In this document: one piece after another, positions 56,885-64,000 of the stretch | How positions within the stretch are numbered: position 1 is the first letter of the stretch | Layout: each line of letters opens with the position of its first letter | Source of the DNA: Rubripirellula sp. | Lineage (GTDB): Bacteria > Planctomycetota > Planctomycetia > Pirellulales > Pirellulaceae | DNA length: 64,000 nucleotides | Direction of reading: 5' to 3' | NCBI GenBank assembly: GCA_965216875.1 | Contig: OZ244207.1 | Span: forward strand, 3,360,001 to 3,424,000 | The notes under the pieces: generated by a model | What the model saw: the letters and a program-made list of their open reading frames with translations, nothing else | The model's database searches: none | What the model was told of the DNA's origin: nothing | Program-made: the position numbers and the translations under genes

Positions 56885-58221
56885 AACCGAATCGACGACA
56901 GTTTTTGCGTGGTGTTGGCGGCAGCGTCATGGCGTTGCCCTGCCTCGAGAGCTTCGCTGACACAAGCGGCAAGCAACCTTCACTACGTATGGCTCACTTT
57001 TACGTCCCGATCGGCGTAGTGCGCCGGGGGTTCTTTCCAGGTGAAGCCGACCACGTGATTCCCAAGGGCAACTTGGGTAACGTGATGAAGTCGCTTGGCA
57101 AGCAAGACCCGAATCCTTTTGTGCGGCCCCTCGATGCATTGACGCCGACCATGCAACCCCTTGCCGGTCTGGAACAACACTTCAACCTGATCACAGGAAT
57201 GGACCGTGTTTTTCAACAGGGGACCGATGTGCACGCGCAATGCGCATCCTGTTATTTGAGCAGCGCCAAGCCTTACACGATCGAAGGAACTGCTTGGCCG
57301 CTCGATCGAACGCTCGACCATATCGTCGCCGATCGCGTTGGGCAGTCGACTCCGTTTCGCACGTTGGAATTCAGTTGCAACAGTCATCGCGACAATAAAG
57401 AGTCGATCTACTTTGACAACATCTCCTGGTTTGGGACGGGACACCTTGCGCCGTCCATTCGCGACCCTCGCAAGATGTATCGGCGTCTCTTTTCGACCCA
57501 GCAAGCGAGCCAATTCCGAGATGTCACAAGCCTTGTCCTTGAAGACGCAAGGTCGCTTCAAAAAGAACTCGGCGCTTCTGACCAACAAAAGTTTGCCGAG
57601 TATTTTGACGCAATCCGAGCCATCGAAATCCAGATGGATCGTCTCGAGAAAATGCGTTCAGAGCTTTCCCAAGTTGCATTTGACGAACCACCCGAGGCCT
57701 ACCTTCCGCGCGGCGACTACATCCGGCTGATGGGCGACTTGATGGTGACCGCGCTTCAGACCGGCCTGACGAATGTCGCCACGTTTATGGTTGGCCCCGA
57801 ACGTTGGGACACACCCTACCTGTTTGATGGCCTGTTTGATTCGCCACGCAGCCATCATCAAATGTCTCACAACCAAACGAAGATGATTGAGGACCTGTTG
57901 CAGGTGGATCGTTTTCATATGGAACAGTTCGCCTATCTCGCTGGGCGAATGAAAGAGATCAAGGAAGCCGATGGATCAACCTTGCTTGACAACACGTTGT
58001 TCACGTACGGCTCGGGCCTAGGAGACGGGTCGACCCACCAATACAACGACCTGCCTATCATCATGGCTGGCGGTGGCAAACGCGTAAAAACCGGCTTGCA
58101 CATCAACTTGGCCGAAGGGACGCCGCTGGCGAACCTCTGGCTGACCCAAGCCCAGATGCTCGGCCTCGCGATCGATGGGTTTGCCGACAGCACCGGCACC
58201 GTCGACGACATTCGGGTTTAA
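56881..58221 (+). CDS. DUF1552 family protein, Tat-exported
   Basis: NRRQFLRG, ALPCLES, HHQMSH, LLDNT..YGSG and PLANLW; ATGA overlap with the upstream gene. Confidence 0.9.
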   Translation: MKPNRRQFLRGVGGSVMALPCLESFADTSGKQPSLRMAHFYVPIGVVRRGFFPGEADHVIPKGNLGNVMKSLGKQDPNPFVRPLDALTPTMQPLAGLEQHFNLITGMDRVFQQGTDVHAQCASCYLSSAKPYTIEGTAWPLDRTLDHIVADRVGQSTPFRTLEFSCNSHRDNKESIYFDNISWFGTGHLAPSIRDPRKMYRRLFSTQQASQFRDVTSLVLEDARSLQKELGASDQQKFAEYFDAIRAIEIQMDRLEKMRSELSQVAFDEPPEAYLPRGDYIRLMGDLMVTALQTGLTNVATFMVGPERWDTPYLFDGLFDSPRSHHQMSHNQTKMIEDLLQVDRFHMEQFAYLAGRMKEIKEADGSTLLDNTLFTYGSGLGDGSTHQYNDLPIIMAGGGKRVKTGLHINLAEGTPLANLWLTQAQMLGLAIDGFADSTGTVDDIRV

Positions 58222-58395
58222 AGAGCAACAGTGCCGGATCCGCGCAAGCGACATCTCGGCGCAACCGCTACAACCTGAACTCAAGTCGCCAGTGGCCTGA
58301 AAACTATCCCTATTGCGTGCCGACACCCCCCGGGGGAACGGCCTAGGTTGAAGTCAGGGGCCGAAGAGTTTGACTATTCCAGCGTGACTTGCGAC

Positions 58396-61236
58396 ATGCG
58401 CGCCTCCTTCCAGCGAATCTGGCACACTTGCCTCTGCTATGCCGACGAGGCTGTCGCGCGCTCGGTCGGTGCCTTGAGGGCCGCAGAAGATTCCAACCAA
58501 CTTCAAGTTTCAACGCTTGAACATCGGGTCCTTTTTAGCGCTACCCCGATTGATCCATCGCTCGTCGTCGATGCCGCCGAAACTGGCGATCAAGACGACA
58601 CCTCTACTGCGGAACAGGAAGAGGTATCCGCACCGCGCACCGATGTCGGTTCGCTCTCGGCCTCCGAACTGCTCGTGATCGACCCGTCCGTTCCCGACCT
58701 CCAGGCTTTACTTGACGATTTGCACCAGTCAGGGCGTGACCTCGAGGTGGTTGTGCTCGATGCCGATCGCGACGGAATTGAGCAGATCACAGAACTTCTT
58801 GACCGAAATTCGAATGTCGACGCGCTTCACATCGTTTCGCATTCCAATGAAAGTTCCGTTCGACTGGGCACAAGCGTTCTGAACCAGCAAGGAATCAGTG
58901 GCTACGCTGGACAGATCGCTGGTTGGCAAGATCACCTCAACCTTGATGCCGACATTCTTTTTTACGGCTGCGATCTTGCAAGCGGCATCGAAGGTCGCCA
59001 GCTGCTTGATTCCGTCGCCGCATTGACCTCGGCCGACGTTGCTGCGAGTGATGACGTGACCGGTCACCGTGATCTTGGCGGCGACTGGGAATTGGAACAC
59101 ACACTTGGCCAAATCGAAACGCAAATCGCGTTTTCTGAGCAACTGCAAACAACCTGGACTCACACACTGCCAACCTTTGCGCCCACGGTTGGACTCTCTG
59201 GTCCGGTCAATTTCACCGAAGACCTAGGACCTGTCTTGATCAGCCCGACCGCTTCGGTTGGCGACGTCGATTCGCCCCATTTCAGCGGCGGCTCACTCGT
59301 GATCGACATTCACGATGCCAACGGGACGGCCGATGACTGGTTGGGGATTCGCAACGTTGGACCGGGCGTTGGTGAAATCCACGTCACAGGTGGCAACCTG
59401 ATTCACTACAACGGCGACGCGACTCCCTTTGCCTTCTTCACGGGTGGAATCGGCGCGGCCTCCCCTATGGTGATCACGTTCGCCAACGCCGGTGCAACGC
59501 AAGCGGCCGTCGAACGGCTGATCGAAAACATCGGTTTCGTCAACAACTCCGACGCGCCGGGCACACTCGATCGGACAATCGAATTCGTTCTGACCGATGC
59601 CGATGGCAACTCCAACACGCCGGTCGCCTCGAGCCTGAGTGTGACGCCACAAAACGACGCGCCGACGGGCGGTGTCTCGATCAACGGCTCGCCGGTTGAA
59701 CAACTCCAACTCAGCGCGTCGAACAACCTGAGCGATGTCGACGGCATGACGGGATCGACCGTTACGTACCAATGGAAGCGCAACGGCGTCGACATTTCGG
59801 GCGCCACTGGTGACACCTACACGCTTGTCGCCGACGACATCGGAACCATGATCAGCGTCACGGCGACCTACTTCGATGACTCGGGTTTCGAAAACAACGT
59901 CGATAGCGGTTCGGTTGGGCCTGTGACGGCAAATCAGACGATTGGCGCGTTGGTCGACAGCAATGGCACCCGCAACTCCGTGAACGAAAACGCTGGGATT
60001 GGAACCCAAGTCGGCGTCATCGGTTTTGCGAATGATCCTGACAGCACGGTGACCTATTCGTTGATCGACGATGATGATGGAAGGTTCTCGATTGATCACA
60101 ACACGGGTGTTGTCTCGGTCGCATCATCAATGAATCGCGAGGCAATTGATCCGACCCGGTCGATCACCATCCGCGCACTTTCGTCCGATGGCTCATCGTC
60201 TCAAGAGACGTTTCAGATCAACCTCACTGATGTTGATGAGTTCGATGTCAGTTCAATCAGCGACACCAAGAACGGCAAGAATCGCGTGCAGGCGAATTCG
60301 CCAACCGGCACGAGTGTTCGGATTCGGGCCCAGGCTTCCGACGCTGATGCCACCAACAACACCATCACCTATTCGCTTGATGACGATTCCGACGGACGCT
60401 TCTATATCGAACCGACCACCGGAATCGTTCGCGTCCAAGATGGCTCGCGACTTGATCCGGCGGAAGCCAAGTTTGTTGCCGTGACGGTACGAGCGACAAG
60501 CAGCGACGGCAGTTTCTCGACAAAGCAATTCTGGATCAAAATCAAACCGGCCCCCGGTGCCGCCGAAACGAAACTCGAGTCCGAACCAAAACCGGCCGAG
60601 GCAGAAACGGAGCCAGAAGTCGAAACCGACGAGCCGAGCGACATCAAAGAGACAGGCAAACCGGCTCCACTCGTTGGAATTGACCCGAGTGGCTCAGGTG
60701 GACGTGGCAACAGTGCCGACAGCGGTGACGATGACGAACTGGACGCATTGATTGTTCGCCAAACGGCTGGCGAAGTGTTCCTTGCAAGCGCCAATCACGT
60801 CTACCAATCCGTTTCCAAAACACAGAGCTCGTTGGACGCCGCCGACCATCAGATCCGCCAAGCAGCAACCAGCCGAATCACCCAGGCGGTCGCCAGCACA
60901 GGCATCAGCAACGCTCTCGCGATCAGCGAGCTTGATTACGCATTGATCAGCGGCGAAGGGGCAATGTGGGAACAAATGGATTCAAGTCGCGAAGCGATCG
61001 AATTGCACATTCGCGGCGATTTCGTTGCCGCTGGCGTCGCTGGTGCAGCCGCATCAAGCGTGACCGTTGGCTATGTCGCCTGGGCCATACGCAGTGGCTT
61101 TGTGTTGTCAGGCATGTTGGCTCAAATGCCGGCCTGGCAATCGGTCGACCCGTTGATGGTGATGCAGAACATCGGCAACAACCGCGAAACGCTCGAGCAG
61201 ATGATGGAACGTCGAGCGAAGAAGCTTAAGAGCTAA
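58396..61236 (+). CDS. surface adhesin-like protein: LEPRxLL motif + DUF4347 + Ig-like/cadherin repeats + C-terminal hydrophobic motif
   Basis: LEHRVLFSA; DGIEQI...HIVSH...ILFYGCD..AASDD.TG...GGDWELE; cadherin motifs (VNEN, YSL.DD.DGRF.ID..TG); C-terminal VGYVAWAIRSG...MPAW..VDPL. Confidence 0.85.
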   Translation: MRASFQRIWHTCLCYADEAVARSVGALRAAEDSNQLQVSTLEHRVLFSATPIDPSLVVDAAETGDQDDTSTAEQEEVSAPRTDVGSLSASELLVIDPSVPDLQALLDDLHQSGRDLEVVVLDADRDGIEQITELLDRNSNVDALHIVSHSNESSVRLGTSVLNQQGISGYAGQIAGWQDHLNLDADILFYGCDLASGIEGRQLLDSVAALTSADVAASDDVTGHRDLGGDWELEHTLGQIETQIAFSEQLQTTWTHTLPTFAPTVGLSGPVNFTEDLGPVLISPTASVGDVDSPHFSGGSLVIDIHDANGTADDWLGIRNVGPGVGEIHVTGGNLIHYNGDATPFAFFTGGIGAASPMVITFANAGATQAAVERLIENIGFVNNSDAPGTLDRTIEFVLTDADGNSNTPVASSLSVTPQNDAPTGGVSINGSPVEQLQLSASNNLSDVDGMTGSTVTYQWKRNGVDISGATGDTYTLVADDIGTMISVTATYFDDSGFENNVDSGSVGPVTANQTIGALVDSNGTRNSVNENAGIGTQVGVIGFANDPDSTVTYSLIDDDDGRFSIDHNTGVVSVASSMNREAIDPTRSITIRALSSDGSSSQETFQINLTDVDEFDVSSISDTKNGKNRVQANSPTGTSVRIRAQASDADATNNTITYSLDDDSDGRFYIEPTTGIVRVQDGSRLDPAEAKFVAVTVRATSSDGSFSTKQFWIKIKPAPGAAETKLESEPKPAEAETEPEVETDEPSDIKETGKPAPLVGIDPSGSGGRGNSADSGDDDELDALIVRQTAGEVFLASANHVYQSVSKTQSSLDAADHQIRQAATSRITQAVASTGISNALAISELDYALISGEGAMWEQMDSSREAIELHIRGDFVAAGVAGAAASSVTVGYVAWAIRSGFVLSGMLAQMPAWQSVDPLMVMQNIGNNRETLEQMMERRAKKLKS

Positions 61237-61242
61237 GTCGCC

Positions 61243-61447
61243 GTAGCTACGCTCGCCAGAGCGTGGAGTAATTGCCAGCGGCTTAACAACGCGAACCACC
61301 TTCTGGCGAAGGTAGCTACGATCGGTCGCCCGTTCGTAGTACCGGCTTCAGCCGGATTCTTCAACCTCTTTCCGCCTAAAGGCGGGACTACGAACGGCGC
61401 GGTTTTTGAACTGTAACTCCGAACCAACTTCTGGCGAAGGTAGTTAC
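61243..61447. repeat. mosaic of two GTAG REP doublet families (BIME-like) between convergent genes
   Basis: 61243-61266 and 61296-61319 form an inverted pair; 61336-61356 and 61371-61391 form another; degenerate copy at 61424-61447. Confidence 0.85.
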
Positions 61448-61459
61448 GTCACCAACAGG

Positions 61460-62830
61460 CTACAACGCCAGCAACAATCGGCTTGGGGCTTCTAGGTATT
61501 CGATCACTTCATTCAAGAAGCGAGCTGCCGTGCCGCCGTCAACCAAGCGATGGTCGTACGAGAGACTCAGTGGCATCATCAAACGTGGTGCGATCGAATC
61601 ATCTGGCATCACGACGGGCAACTTGCGGCTGCGACCAACCAACAGGATCGCCACTTCGGGGACGTTGACAATCGGCGTCGAGTATTGACCGCCGATCGCG
61701 CCCAGATTGCTGATCGTGAACGAGCCACCTTTCAAATCATTCATACCAAAGTTGCCGCTGCGAACCTTTCCAGCCATCTCGGCTAGCCCACGGGTAACTT
61801 CGGGAATGCCCATTTGATCGGCGTTCTTCATTACCGGAACAACCAGTCCGCGTTCGGTATCCACAGCGATGCCGACGTTGACGTAGTCCTTGTAAACGAT
61901 CTGTTCGTTCTGCTCGTCGATCACCGCGTTGATCGCGGGGTGATGACGAAGCGCCGTTGCGACCGCTTTGATCAAGAACGGCATCGTCGTCAGCTTCAAG
62001 CCTTGTGCGTTGTAGTCTTCCTTGCTGGCTTGTCGCAAACTTTCCAGATCGGTGATGTCGGCATCATCAAAATTAGTCACGCGTGGAACGGTCGACCAAC
62101 TCGCATGCATCTGCTTCGAGATCGTCTTGCGGATCTTGCTCATCCGTTCGACGTGCACCGAACCAAATTCGTCCGCGGCGCCTGCACCGGGAGCAACTGA
62201 CTTTGTCGCCGAGTCGCTGGTGTCGACGGTCGGTGCTGGTCCACCAGTTGGATGACTGCTACGAACGATCGCCAGAACGTCCTCTCGAGTGATGCGACCG
62301 CCGTCACCACTGCCGGTGACGCCACTGAGGTTGACGCCCACTTCGCGAGCGAAACGACGAATCGCGGGGCCCGCCGGAATGATCTCGCTGCTTGCCGTGA
62401 CGACAGGGGCGGGAGCGGGTGGTGCCGGAGCGGGTGCCGGAGCGGGAGGGGCTGGCGCTGGAGCGGGTGCCGGCGCGGCTTGTGGTTCTGGTTGCGGCGC
62501 CGGAGCCGGTTCGGGCTGCGGGGGCGCTACTGGTTCTGGTTCTGGAGCTGGAGCCGGTTCGGGTGTGGGGGCGGCTTCGGGTGCGGCGCCCTCGGTGACT
62601 TCGACTTCGATCAACAGGCCACCGATTGGCACGGTGTCGCCCTCGCTCACGGCGATACTCGTGATCTTGCCAGCGACAGGGGAGGGAACGGGCACGGTTG
62701 CTTTGTCCGTTTCCATTTCGACGATGTCTTGTTCAACTTCGATCACATCTCCGACGGAGACCATGACGTCAAGGACATCACCCGACTCGATTCCATCGCC
62801 AAGTTCGGGGAGCTTCACTTCTGTGGGCAT
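61460..62830 (-). CDS. pdhC: pyruvate dehydrogenase E2, dihydrolipoamide acetyltransferase
   Basis: Lipoyl motif METDKA, Pro/Ala linker, E3-binding PAIRRFARE.GV.L..V.GSG..GRI, FTISNLG and SYDHRLVDG. Confidence 0.95.
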   Translation of the reverse strand: MPTEVKLPELGDGIESGDVLDVMVSVGDVIEVEQDIVEMETDKATVPVPSPVAGKITSIAVSEGDTVPIGGLLIEVEVTEGAAPEAAPTPEPAPAPEPEPVAPPQPEPAPAPQPEPQAAPAPAPAPAPPAPAPAPAPPAPAPVVTASSEIIPAGPAIRRFAREVGVNLSGVTGSGDGGRITREDVLAIVRSSHPTGGPAPTVDTSDSATKSVAPGAGAADEFGSVHVERMSKIRKTISKQMHASWSTVPRVTNFDDADITDLESLRQASKEDYNAQGLKLTTMPFLIKAVATALRHHPAINAVIDEQNEQIVYKDYVNVGIAVDTERGLVVPVMKNADQMGIPEVTRGLAEMAGKVRSGNFGMNDLKGGSFTISNLGAIGGQYSTPIVNVPEVAILLVGRSRKLPVVMPDDSIAPRLMMPLSLSYDHRLVDGGTAARFLNEVIEYLEAPSRLLLAL

Positions 62831-62930
62831 GATTTCTTTTTCGTTTACGATTCAACAATGAAAAGCTTCAGTGGACGGCTCTGTTGTCACTTGGCTCACA
62901 TCCAAGCCAGCGAACCTGTAAGAGCGTCGT

Positions 62931-64000
62931 TTATGCAAAGTAGGGATTTTGCTTGTCGGGGTCGAACCCAAGATCCTTGATCGCATCGGCAACTTCGTTG
63001 GCAGTGAACAGCCCAGCCTTTGACAGGCGGCTGAGGGTTGCGATCGTGATCGATTCCGCATCGACCTCGAAGTGGCGACGAAGCATCTCGCGTGTCTCGC
63101 TTCGGCCCATGCCGTCGGTACCGAGGACGTAGTAGTCACCCGGAATCCATGGAGTGAGCTGTTCGCCCAAAGCACGCACATAATCGCTGGCCGAAATGAA
63201 CGGTCCTTCGACACCCTCGAGACATTCCTCGAGGTAGCTTTTGCGCGGCGTTTCGGTTGGGTGCAGCATGTTCCAGCGATCGCAATCAGCCGCTTCGCGA
63301 CGCAATTCGGTGTAGCTGGTCACGCTCCAGACATCGCTAGCGATGTTGTACTTCTCGGCCAACAACTCCTGAGCTGCCAGTGCGCTATTGAGGATCGCAC
63401 CACTGCCGAAGAGTTGGACGCGAGCCTTGGCTCCATCGACCTCTTTGCTGCGGAACTTGTACATCCCCTTGATGATGCCTTCGGCACAGTTTTCGGGCAT
63501 CACAGGATGCTCGTACTCTTCGTTCTCGGCCATCAAGTAGTACATGCACTCTTCGCCTTCGGCGTACATCTTCTTGAGGCCTTCGGCGACGATCACGACA
63601 ACTTCGTAAGCGAAGGCTGGATCGTAAGCACGAACGGTCGGGAAGGCGATCGCGTTCAGCAGCGAGTGCCCGTCTTGGTGCTGCAAGCCTTCGCCATTGA
63701 GCGTGGTTCGGCCGGCGGTACCACCGATTAAGAAACCTTTGGCACGCATGTCGGCCGCAGCCCAAATCAGGTCGCCGATGCGTTGGAAACCAAACATGCT
63801 GTAGTAGATAAAGAACGGAATCATGTTGATCCCGTGCAAGCTGTATGCAGTTCCGGCCGCATTGAAGCTGCTCATCGACCCCGCTTCGGTGATCCCTTCT
63901 TCAAGGATCTGGCCGTCCTGGGCTTCCTTGTAATATTGGATGATCTTCGAGTCGACGGGCTCGTACAGTTGTCCTGCGTGGGCATAGATTCCGAACTGAC
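62931..64000 (-). CDS. aceE: pyruvate dehydrogenase E1 (homodimeric type), 3' part; runs off the window edge
   Basis: YYSMFGFQRIGD, TAGRTTLNGEGLQHQDGHS and LGTDG.GRS.TR..LR.HFEVD. Confidence 0.96.
   Translation of the reverse strand, partial: QFGIYAHAGQLYEPVDSKIIQYYKEAQDGQILEEGITEAGSMSSFNAAGTAYSLHGINMIPFFIYYSMFGFQRIGDLIWAAADMRAKGFLIGGTAGRTTLNGEGLQHQDGHSLLNAIAFPTVRAYDPAFAYEVVVIVAEGLKKMYAEGEECMYYLMAENEEYEHPVMPENCAEGIIKGMYKFRSKEVDGAKARVQLFGSGAILNSALAAQELLAEKYNIASDVWSVTSYTELRREAADCDRWNMLHPTETPRKSYLEECLEGVEGPFISASDYVRALGEQLTPWIPGDYYVLGTDGMGRSETREMLRRHFEVDAESITIATLSRLSKAGLFTANEVADAIKDLGFDPDKQNPYFA

Noticed and set aside
62289..62861. Gly/Ala-rich silk-like ORF on the + strand
   Set aside because: It is the reverse complement of the Pro/Ala linker of PDH E2.

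Overview
Bacterial chromosomal segment from a planctomycete, most likely Pirellulaceae (Rhodopirellula/Stieleria-like). This is inferred from the DUF1559, DUF1552/DUF1592, DUF1501/DUF1553, LEPRxLL and ECF+kinase gene families. A housekeeping core (aroA, apt, valS, cimA, polX, purC, aceE, pdhC) is interleaved with exported, heme-rich accessory modules. These are three DUF1592+DUF1552 pairs, one DUF1553+DUF1501 pair, two sulfatases, a five-gene translationally coupled operon (pilin-like DUF1559, sulfatase-heme fusion, diheme Vgb-type propeller, DUF1592, DUF1552), and a pentaheme cytochrome plus predicted outer-membrane beta-barrel pair. The best non-annotated signals are: (i) a complete Ile/Val leader-peptide attenuator upstream of cimA(-valS), too short for the ORF track; (ii) the candidate porin-cytochrome conduit; (iii) the heme-wired sulfatase operon next to a cNMP-like kinase; (iv) several REP-like palindrome families showing compensatory base changes. 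I saw no rRNA, tRNA, CRISPR array, transposase or prophage. Family assignments come from motif recognition by eye, not database searches.
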